Of a stretch of 64,000 nt of DNA, positions 53,014 through 64,000 are shown piece after piece; the stretch's first letter is position 1; each line of letters begins with the position of its first letter. The notes under the pieces were generated by a model that ran no database searches, was not told where the DNA came from, and worked only from the letters and a program-made list of their open reading frames with translations. Location: the NCBI RefSeq assembly GCF_006345805.1, contig NC_043005.1, positions 9,858,001 to 9,922,000 of the forward strand, given 5' to 3'. This DNA comes from Octopus sinensis (Eukaryota). Made by a program: the position numbers and the translations under genes.

Positions 53014-53520
53014 TTGCGAACTTTCTGATGTACTCTTATCAGACGGGTAGTCATGTGCTTCGTATATTTCTACCTCAGTGTCACTTTGATGGCATGCACT
53101 GCTCTCTCACTCAATTATAGTAATAACATGGGCAGAAGGCCAGTAAGTTCCGAGAAGGAATAAGTCGATTACATCGACCCCAGTGCTCAACTGGTGCTTA
53201 TTTTACCGACCCCAGAAAGATAAAGGGCAAAGTCAACCCCGGTGGCATTTGAAATCAGAACTTAGAAAAGACACACCCAAGTCGCCCACATATGAGGCGA
53301 TCGCAAAAGGTCAACCCGACTGGAGTACAATGGAAGAGACTCATTTTGGTAGAACTACGTCGACGATCATGGTTTACTCCTGTGTGAGACAATAATGATA
53401 ATAATGATAATAATATTAATGATGGTGTGCCCTTTTCAGATGGGTAGTCATGATGGTTATCCTGGGCTTCGTATATTTTACCCCAGTGTCACTTTGATGG
53501 CATGCACTGCTCTCTCACTC

Positions 53521-53600
<80 letters not shown>

Positions 53601-54371
53601 CAAATTTTGGCACGAGGCCAGTAAGTTCGTAGAAGTGAATTAAGTCGATTATATAGACGCCTGTACTCAAATGATACTTTATTTTATTGACCCCGAAGGC
53701 TGGAAAAGTAAAGTCGATCCCGTTGGTATTTGAACTCAGAACGTAAAGGCGGACGAAATGCCGCTAAGTATTTTGTCTGGTCTGCCAACTGTTCTACCAG
53801 CTCACCACCTTAACGACGACGACAACAACAACAAGGATGATAAGGGGAGGAGGAAGACATATGTGATGATTCTTTAGGAAGGTCCAACTCCGTGTGAAAC
53901 TACATAGGAAATTATAATTTGCTTCTTTGTATCAGATGTAAGAATCCATTTACTCAAACAGTTTAAACTATTCAGACGAAATAATAAATAAATATATCCC
54001 CACGAGAAAAAAAAACAAAATGTAGTTTGTTAAATGAGAAGAAGAATTAACGACTTTAACAGGTCTGGATGTCAGATTAATCTGATCATAAAATGTAATT
54101 TAACTCAACTTTTGCTGGACATGAAAGTAACAGACCACTAACTTGGGGGTTTGTCAAATGATGGTATTTGCATAAAGTATTCTGACATCGTGAGACATAC
54201 AAGAGATTAGAAGTTGTGACGGTTATTTATTATTTTTTCTTTTAATCTATTTATTAGTCTGAAGATGATACACAGCGTGTATAACAATTTTCAGAGCTTT
54301 CTAGACTGGAGTGGAGAAATAGAATTAATGCAGGTGTACCCCGCGGATTATCTCGACAGCGACTTTAGATG

Positions 54372-54631
54372 ATGTGAGGTATATTTGCCATCTCAATATG
54401 GCTAGCCACTAAGGGTGGATGTTACTGTAGCTTGTAGCCCCAGGAGAACATCTCCAGCTGGCTATAGGCACACTTTCTGTACCCTATCGATGACCTCCCT
54501 TTGCAAATACCGATAGGGCACAGAAAGTGTGCCTATAGCCAGCTGGAGGAGATGTTCTCCTGGGGCTACAAGCTACAGTAACATCCACCCTTAGTGGTTA
54601 GCCATATTGAAATGGCGAATATACCTCACAT
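54372..54631. repeat. 260-bp near-perfect palindrome (foldback element)
   Basis: Arms 54372-54489 and 54511-54631, four mismatches plus a 3-nt bulge, 21-nt spacer. Confidence 0.95.
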
Positions 54632-55179
54632 TGTCGTGCAGTTACTGTCTATACCTCGTTCAGAGATTTATTATGGCTTTAGATGAACTTACCTTAAATG
54701 TGTGATATGCATTTCAATATAAACTGATCGATGCATCATTTTTCTGCTTCATTGCTCTTATCCCTGATATCTGCGAGGCTGGCTTATACTGAAAATTTTA
54801 TATATTCAATACCAGGGGTCACCAAACTTTTTTCACGACGGCCCAGATAACTGAGAGATTGACGATCGCGGGCTGCATAACCATTTTGTTCAATACAATA
54901 CAGTGAATCCACAAAAAGTAAAGACAACATAGTTATTTACCAGAAAGTTATCAAAGAAGGCGGCGCTAGCAAGAAGATAGTTATATGACACCCAGTGCGC
55001 ACATATCCGAGTCTCACAAACTAAGCAGCAAAGAAACTGGAGTCTAGCTTTGAAGATATCGTCAATATCTGCTTTGGAATTGCTGCATCCTACCAAGAGA
55101 ATTGCTTTCAAATGTTCATCAGTCAACCTCGTTCGATGTGCTGACTTCACATAATTCATTATTGAACATGATTTCTCAC

Positions 55180-55379
55180 AGGCGCAGGAGTGGCTGTGTG
55201 GAAAGTAGCTTGCTTGCCGACTCCATGGTTCCGGGTTCAGTCCCACTGCGTGGCACCTTGGGCAAGTGTCTTCCACTGTAGTCTCGGGCCTTGCGAGTGG
55301 ATTTATGAGTGGATGTGATTGACGGGAAACTGAAAGAAGCCCGTCGTATATATATATATATATATAATATATATATATA

Positions 55380-55452
<73 letters not shown>

Positions 55453-55673
55453 GCGTGTATATGTTTGTGTGTCTGTGTTTGTTCCCCTAGCATTGCTTGA
55501 CAACCGATGCTGGTGTATTTATGTCCCCGTCACTTAGCCGTTCGGCAAAAGAGATCGATAGAATAGGTACTAGTCTTCCGAAGAACAAGTCTTGGGGTCG
55601 ATTTGCTCGACTAAAAGGTGGTGCTCCAGCATGGCCGCAGTCAAATGACTGAAACAAGTAAAAGAGTAAAAGA
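55180..55673 (+). mobile_element. SINE family A, full length
   Basis: Head, long (TA)n, tail. Confidence 0.9.
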
Positions 55674-57061
55674 GACATAAGTTAACCTTACCAACACCTT
55701 AATTTGCTCACCACTACTTTTCTTACAGGGCGCAATTTCTGTTGAACAGTGTTGGTCACACCAACAAATTGCTTGCCTCAGCGACATCTTACTCCACTCC
55801 AGTGTTAGTCTCACTCAGATTTAGCGTCATTCAACAGCAATGTCTCTCCGAGCCGTTCCTTCTATTCTACATTGCTGGTCTCACAAAGACAATGCCTTTA
55901 TTCTTCAGTGCTTATCTCAGTAAAAATTTACATGTTGATAAATCTTGTGTAAGCGAAATCTTACTTCTCCCTTACTACACATTTTTATTAGAACCTTATC
56001 AGCTTTTTCTATGAGCTAATTACAAGAAAAGCAGTGTACCCATAACGAGTGAGTGCCATTTGATACCGAGGGTTAATTCAGTTGATGTGACTGATCTTCG
56101 TATTAGATAGATGCATGTTGAAATATGCAGCAAAGGAATCCCGATGGGGAATTCCATAAAATAACAGCTCTGGAGAGATGACGCACCGGGGAAAATGTTT
56201 CCCATGGGTTCTGAGAAATGTGACACAGGAAGGCCGACGTGAGAAGAACCGGGTTCACCAAGTCATCTTGAGGGGAGGACAAGTAACTGATTCAGTTCTT
56301 AAATCATTATAGCAAACATTAGTGAAGGAAGGTGCAGAAAGAAAATATCATGTGTCTAGCACGGGTGCTGGGTTTCACTTAGGCGTTTTTCCTGTGGTCC
56401 TCTCCGCTGTATAGTTGCTCCTAATTCAAAGTATTTTCTTTTCAGCTATATCTTATTGAGAGATTTGTCTTATAACTAAAATATAAATTTCAACCGATTC
56501 GAAACTGGGTTAATTAGTGGATTGACTTCCTGTTATGATTACAGTATTTTGTTAATTGAGATAATTGCACAAATAACATTCTTAGAGATACAGGTATGAC
56601 CAATATGTTAACGATATTCGTTTCATAATAATAAAGTCGCAAGTTCGATTCATAGTTTGGCTTTCACCTTGTCCTCAAGTGAGCCTTTTTTTTTTGAGCT
56701 AAACTGGATGGAAACTATGGAAGCTGCGGTGGATTGTACGTTGTGCCATACATTATGTCACATGGGGCTTCAAAGTTACACTAAAGGTACGCCGAAAATC
56801 AATAAGAATGCAGTTCAGTTCATTGAATAAATGGAATATTCATTATGGAAGACCACCGAAATCCATTTGATTTTTATATATATGTGTACCCTTGTACCCT
56901 TGTACCCTTGTACGTATATAAGTATTTCTCTATGTGCTTATGTACGTGTGAGTGTGCGCATGTGCGTGCATGCCTGTGTATATATGTGTGTGTACACATG
57001 AAGTAGCTCGAGGATGAGATATATATACATATATATATACATATATATACATATATACATA

Positions 57062-57273
57062 TGATTTTTTTCAATATGTGACCGCACGCTATCGTTGGCG
57101 ATTTTCTTTCTGTCTTCATTTCTTTGGATTTTTCTATAATTCTGATGAAGAGCTCTGCTCGAAACGTGAAGTCCTCTTTCTTTTCTTTCCTTTCCTGAGC
57201 GTCCAATAACACTGTACTTATTCCACGTCCTCGCGTTGTTGTTTTTCTCTTGCTTGTTCGTGTTTGCATTGAC

Positions 57274-57275
<2 letters not shown>
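57062..57275 (+). mobile_element. PLE pseudo-LTR fragment with minimal hammerhead
   Basis: CUGAUGA-A-GAGC-UCU-GCUC-GAAAC-GUG at 57142-57168. Confidence 0.6.
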
Positions 57276-57332
<57 letters not shown>

Positions 57333-57529
57333 ATGTATATACATACACACACACACATATATATATATATATATGACATTCGCATGTATATATATATATA
57401 TATATATATAAAGCATCACGCACACACACTCACACAAACACACACATAGACACACACACACATATATATGCGAATGTTTACATATGTGTGTGTACGCTTG
57501 TACGGAATCCCGAACATATGTTTACTTAC

Positions 57530-57635
57530 GATTTTGAGAAGTTCCTCAGGCATGTTACCAAACTACTCTCTGTGTTATTTGAGAAACCCTGCCAGGTCCC
57601 ACCAACTCGTATGGCAAACACCAAGAAATCCGAGT
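57530..57635 (-). other. Candidate internal coding exon (phase 1 to 2)
   Basis: TTTCCCTGTCCCACCTCGTAG| and |GTAAGT; only one frame open: SDFLVFAIRVGGTWQGFSNNTESSLVTCLRNFSK. Confidence 0.4.
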
Positions 57636-58132
57636 CTACGAGGTGGGACAGGGAAATTAATATGTTATTTCATCTTGCATTTGCTGATATTAAGACATGT
57701 CAAAACAATACTAAAGTCTTAAGCAGTCAACACGGGCCCATACACATGTATAAACAAACACATATATGTATTTTTGTGTGTGTGTGTGTGTGTATGTGTG
57801 TGTGTGTCCCTCTCTCTCTCTCTCTGTATCAGTCTGTCTATCAATCTATCCGACTTTCCTCCTCTCTTATTCTCACTTTTGTCAATTCTCTTTCTGTTCT
57901 CTAACAAGGAGAGAGTTGGGATCCAAGTTTTAAACTATCTTCATTATGCTGCGCTCTGTGCATTCGTGCACGTGTGTGTGCGTCTGTGTGTGTGTGAGGG
58001 AGCACACACAGACACACATGCGAATTTAAATGTATGCATATAATATGTACCACCATACATACACACAGACACACAGTCACACACGCATATATTTATGTGG
58101 CTGTCTAATAAAAAGCTTGCTTCTTATCACAT

Positions 58133-58515
58133 AGGCGGCGAGCTGGAAGAAAAGGCGACGAGCTGGCAGAAACGTTAGCACGCCGGGCGAAATGCGTAGC
58201 CGTATTTCGTCTGCCGCTGCGTTCTGAGTTCAAATTCCGCCGAGGTTGACTTTGCCTTTCATCCTTTCGGGGTTGATTAAATAAGTACCAGTTACGCACT
58301 CGGGTAGATATAATCGACTTAATTCGTTTGTCTGTCATTGTTTGTCCCTTCTGTGTTTAGCCCCTTATGGGTAGTAAAGAAATAGGTATTTCGTCTACCG
58401 TTACGTTCAGAGTTCAAATTCCGCCGAGGTTGACGCACTGGAGTCGATGTGATCGACTTAATCCCTTTGTTTATCCCCTCTATGTTTAGCCCCTTGTGGG
58501 CAATAAAGAAATAAG
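58133..58515 (+). mobile_element. SINE family B dimer
   Basis: Fixed junction near 58386; second unit internally deleted. Confidence 0.85.
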
Positions 58516-58529
58516 AAGCTTGCATCCTA

Positions 58530-59190
<661 letters not shown>

Positions 59191-59247
59191 ATAGCATATA
59201 CAAACTCACACACACACACAGACGTACATACATATATACATGCATAC

Positions 59248-59287
<40 letters not shown>

Positions 59288-59347
59288 TTATGTATGTTTG
59301 TGTGTTTGGATGGAGAGAGAGTGAATCACTATATAAAAATGATAAAA

Positions 59348-59600
59348 TAAATGCGCCCTTTTAAAGCCTAGCCAGGCTCATGAGCCCGGTTTCCCGGTTT
59401 CAATGGCGTATGTGCTCCCCTGCTGGACGGGACGCCAGTCCATCGCAAGATTAATCATTTTTGCCAGCTGAGTGGACTGGAGCAACGGGAAACGAAGTGT
59501 TTTGCTCAAGAACACAACGCGTCGCCCGGTCCAGGAATCGAAACCACAATCTTACGATCATGGTGCTGACGTCCTAACCACTAAGCTACGCGCCTCCACA
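59348..59600 (-). mobile_element. SINE family D, full length
   Basis: GGAGGCGCGTAGCTTAGTGGTTAGG head, B box, CORE-like body and tail. Confidence 0.85.
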
Positions 59601-60239
59601 TGAATTACTATATAAAAAAAAAAAACAGTTAATAGTGTTCCAGTGGTTTAGAAATCTTTACTGAGAGCCAAGTCAGCGGGGCTAAAGCGTAGCGATAAGG
59701 GGAATCCAAGTGAGCAGGTATTAAATCAATGATGTAAATAAACAGATAAAACTCCTTGGCTTTTACTTACAGAATATATATATATATATATACATGTATA
59801 CGCGTAAATAAAGAAAAGGTAAACATTGATAGATTTTCACATGATTAACATTCAAGTATGTATGTGTCTCGAAGGTTAGAGAGGAGGGGGAAATAGATGA
59901 AAATTGGGCGAAAATATAACGGACAGAAAAGGGAGACACAAACACGATATATGAGGAGCATTTACAGCTGATTTTCTCATCAGTTGGTTTCCGAGACGTC
60001 TTAGTGGTTTCACGCTATTTAAAAGCCAAGGTCAGTGTTATGAACGGGAGCGCTAGAGGATAGAGTTACAGGAGAAGGCTGACGAATGTGTCCGAGGACA
60101 GAACAAAATAACATTGCATGTACAATAAGAAATAGTAACAACGTATAACGCACACACACACACATTAAGCAATAAAATTCCAACTTGGTCTGATTCTCAC
60201 ATTTTATTATTCTCGATTTTTACAATTTTACAATATTGA

Positions 60240-61252
60240 AATAAACCAGTACAATCAGGCGTTTCGTAATCGTCAGGTTTCTCAAGAGACAGTCGTGTTC
60301 TACAATTGACAGCCGTAGTGGAATGGTTAAATGTGTTCTTTCCGATGGGCTCCAGCAGGCTGAATCCTATGAACTGTAATTAGTCCTCAACTAAATCCAT
60401 TAAGACAATTGCATCCATGAAGACAATTGCATACCCTTCATCTATTTCTTTACTACCCACAAGAGGGCTAAACACAGAGAGGACAAACAGACGGTTTAAG
60501 TCGATTATATCGACCCCAGTGCGTAACTTGTACTTATTTAATCGACCCAGAAAGGATGAAAGGCAAAGTCGACCTCGGCGGAATTTGAACTCAGAACATA
60601 GAAGCAGACGAAATACTGCTAAGCACTTCACTGGGCGTGCTAACGTTTCTGCCAGCTCGCCGCCTTCAATTGCATGACCTTCATCTGCTTCTTTAATGTT
60701 AGCGTTTTATAGGCCTTCAAGAGCAGACAACTCTGATTTGTTAATATTTGGCCTAACATTAGTATTGCGTCCAAGGGAAAATTTAGACAGTATATCAATG
60801 TATTGGTCGAGATAGTTATTTCTTCCTTTTGACGGGGTGAATTTTGATTTATTCCTTACAAAGGATTCATCAATCTCAATACTTTAACGAACAAAGAATT
60901 CAAAAATTCGTAATTTCTGACAGAATGTTTGGATATCCTCTTCCAATTCTTGGTGGTTGACTGTTTGGTGTAGGCGTAAATTTCAATCCTCTTCCCCGAA
61001 ATTGGAGTCCATTATTATCTAAATCTCTTTTTACATAAATTCATTATTATAGGGTGTATAGGTTCAGTTGTTTTGGATATATTTCCTCTTGTTTTTTTTT
61101 ATATTTTTCCGTCATCGCTCTCCTTTGATACATCTCATTGAGTTATTCATTAGAACAGACGCACATATAGACACAAATGGACACACACGCATACCAAAAT
61201 CCTTATATATATAATAATTATTTGAGGGAAATACTAAATCAAATTTCACACA

Positions 61253-61292
<40 letters not shown>

Positions 61293-61570
61293 GAAACAAA
61301 AACCACCTTTTATCAATTCAAAATGAACAATTAAATTACACAATCTAGAAAATTACATATAATAGAAATATTAAAATTAAAATAACAATAAAATATTATT
61401 CTACCAATTATATACGTTTTTATTATTTTTTTTTGCAATTTACTTAATCATTGATATTTTATTGTTATTTTAATTTTAATATTTCTATTATATGTAATTT
61501 TCTAGATGGTGTAATTCAATTGTTAATTTTAAATTGATAAAAGGTGTTTTTTTTCTAATTTTATATATAT
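60240..61570 (-). mobile_element. Penelope-like element 5' fragment with inverted upstream repeat, interrupted by SINE B
   Basis: Decayed ORF motifs RGLKFTPTP, ELEEDIQTFCQKLRIFEFF and IKEADEG.AIVLMD; inverted repeat 61280-61398 / 61453-61570. Confidence 0.7.
60444..60667 (-). mobile_element. SINE family B with about 20-bp TSD
   Basis: Flanks CAATTGCATACCCTTCATCT / CAATTGCATGACCTTCATCT. Confidence 0.9.
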
Positions 61571-61571
61571 A

Positions 61572-61872
61572 CTAGCAGTATCGCCCGGCGTTGCTCGGGT
61601 TTGTAAGGAAAATAACTATATAAGCATTTTTAGAGAGTTACTTCCCTTATATAATAGCAAAAAATGCATTAAAAATGGGAAAAAATGATGGTATTTTTTT
61701 TTAAATGGTAGACTCATCGTAGACGTGCGCTAATACCCAGAAGGGCTCGATATGAATCACGACTATAAGATACCCGCTTTTGGTTAAACTGCATTGCAAA
61801 ATGTGGGAGTAGTTAGGAATCTAAATCGTAGGAGACAGACGCACAACTTCACTTTTATATATATATATATAT
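61572..61872 (-). mobile_element. Non-autonomous Helitron, copy 3 (short variant)
   Basis: Same CTAG and hairpin end; lacks the about 110-bp internal module. Confidence 0.8.
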
Positions 61873-62615
61873 ACTCGGGGATGTCATATTTTGCCAATTA
61901 AACACTCGCACTATATATCTAGTCTTCTCTTCAGCTTTTTTCTACTTATTTTTGCTTCCGTATCAACGCTCTTTCCTCACGCTTCCTGTAACCTTGTCAA
62001 CGACTTTCTATCCCACGTATATCCTCGTGTTCTGTGTATTCCATTTTGTCTTTCTGCGGGACATATACCTATCTACGCATGCGTTTGTGTCCGTGTGTAC
62101 GTGTGTACGTGTGCGTATGTGTTTGGCATGCTTTTTGTGCGTATATATGGGTTTGCTTACAACACTATATGTACCCGTGTTTATTTTTTTCTATCCCATT
62201 CTGTCTTTAGTATGTATAAGTGTATCTTATTTGTGTGTATAGGTTTATATCTGCGTCCATTTTCCTTCTCATTACGTCTTTAGTTGTCAGTTTATGTAGT
62301 GTGGTGGAGTGAGGATGTGTTATTATTCTATTCATGTTTTCTGTTGTGGCTTGGTCTATCTACTTCTATGTGTGTGGCCGCCACAATATGAGTGTTGTCT
62401 ATTCTATGTGTCGATAATATCATAACATTTACATTATTAACCGAGCCTCTATACTGCAAATGTGCATGTGGGTAAAGCACTAACGAGCTTTTCACTCCCT
62501 TGAACTCACACCAGTGTTTGCTTATCTGCTCACCTAGTTACATACTGTCCCCCGGGTGTCTGTCGTTGTCTTGTTTCTGCACCGTCCCTCAGTACACTTG
62601 ATTACTATCAAACTA

Positions 62616-63897
62616 TTGGGTTGGCAACTAAGTTCCAGCCGTTTTTTAAAATTTTTGAATTTATTGCGTTTTTAAATATTGGAATCATTTTTTTTTTTCG
62701 AAAATTTTATTTTTGAATCATGTTGGAATCTATTTTGCTTTTATTTTAGTTAATTTTAGTTAATTTTTGCTTATTTTCAGGTCATTAAAATGGAATGTCA
62801 AGTTAAGAAAACGATTATTTTCGACACCTTCTTTTTGCTTTTAATTAAGGTTCTAGGACCGCAAAAGTTGCTCGTGACATTTGTGCTGTGTATGGAGAGG
62901 GTGCCTTAGCTGAAAAGACCGCTCGTGATTGGTATGCCAAGTTCAAAAATGGAAATTTTGATCTCAAAGACGCACCTCGTTCTGGCCGTCCAGTTGAGTT
63001 TAATGAAGAGCGATTAAACCAACTTTTGCACGAAAATTCTCGTCAAACAAGGGAACTGGCAGAGAAAATGGAATGCTCCGCCACTGCTATAGAGAAGCAT
63101 ATTCACTCGATGGGAAAGGTTCAGAAATATGGAGCATAGGTTCCGCATGTTTTAAGTGACACTAACAAAAAATCAACGAGCCATAATCTCCGTTGGTTTG
63201 CTTGCTCGTCACCGCTTAACTCATGGACACAAGCAACGATTTCTTTACCGAATCGTTACTGGCGGCGAAAAATGGTGCTTGTACATCAATATGAAGCAAC
63301 GTAAGGAACGGCTTAGCCCCGGTAAACAAGCGACGCTGCGCGTGAAACAGGATCTTCATCTGCGTAAAATGTTGTGCGTATGATGGAACTGGGAAAGGAT
63401 TATCCATTACGAATTGCTTGAAAGGAACCAAACGGTCAACGCGGAACTCAACAGATGGAACGACTCAACACGGCTATTCAAGAGAAAAGACCTGATCGGC
63501 AGCATGGAGTTCTTCAGCTACACAACAACGCCCGCCCTCATATCGCCAATATGACCAAGGAAGCCATTCAAACGCATGGCTGGGAAGTGCAGCTATACCC
63601 ACCGTACTCTCCTGATTTGGCACCAACGGATTTCCAACTCCTTCGATCCCTTTCAAATGCTATGCCCGGAGTTTCGTTCAATACTGATGCAGAATTGAGA
63701 GCTTGGCTGGATAAAATTTTCGAGTCGAAATTGGGTGATTTCTACCAACGAGGTATTTAACATCTTGTTAAACGTTGGGAAGAAGTTGCAAACAACAAGG
63801 TGAATGCATTATTAATTAATTAGTTGTTATGTTTTTATTAAACCTTTTAAAAAATTTAAATCTAAAAAAAATGGCGGGAACTTAGTTGCCAACCCAA
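62616..63897 (+). mobile_element. Full-length mariner element (1282 bp), inactive
   Basis: TA|TTGGGTTGGCAACTAAGTTCC TIRs (about 31 bp, 2 mismatches), TA TSD. Confidence 0.95.
62790..63822 (+). pseudogene. Mariner DD34D transposase pseudogene
   Basis: MECQVKK..., PRSGRPVEF, *VPHVL (WVPHxL), TGGEKW (D to G), HNNARPH (D to N), YSPDLAPTDF; several frameshifts and stops. Confidence 0.9.
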
Positions 63898-64000
63898 TAC
63901 ATTCCTAGTTTAGAAATACAGTTTACAGTTAGGAGAAAAATATTTATCTTAGACAATGTCACAATGGAGCTAGAATCACTAATATCGAAGTATTTCATAG

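Noticed and set aside
53040-53810. Two similar blocks about 400 bp apart suggesting a spacer-repeat array
   Set aside because: Retroelement 3' tails with (AAT)n plus old SINE B pieces; no CRISPR-like regularity, and the context is eukaryotic
54693-54788. Minus-strand segment with perfect AAG|GTAAGT donor
   Set aside because: All frames from the plausible acceptor contain stops

Overview
AT-rich, repeat-saturated animal genomic DNA, most probably an octopod cephalopod (inferred from SINE types and microsatellite density; not verifiable here). It looks intronic or intergenic: no intact host CDS can be supported, only isolated exon candidates on both strands. Most ORF-track entries are microsatellite or SINE artefacts. 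Supported content: four tRNA-derived SINE families (my labels A-D, about 40 copies), RTE, CR1-like and L1/Tx1-like LINE fragments, several Penelope-like (PLE) fragments with type I hammerhead ribozyme cores and foldbacks, a full-length decayed mariner, a second mariner fragment, a pogo-like deletion derivative with a PHD finger, Tigger-like and Merlin-like MITEs, three non-autonomous Helitrons and one assembly gap. Most interesting: a retrozyme-like tandem hammerhead array with 215-nt cleavage spacing (11.9-12.4 kb), a near-intact hammerhead (7.0-7.1 kb), a LINE/SINE pair whose 3' stem-loops covary, fixed-junction SINE dimers, tail-swapped SINEs and a 260-bp near-perfect palindrome sharing sequence with the local Helitron. 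SINE and fragment boundaries were read by eye and are approximate.
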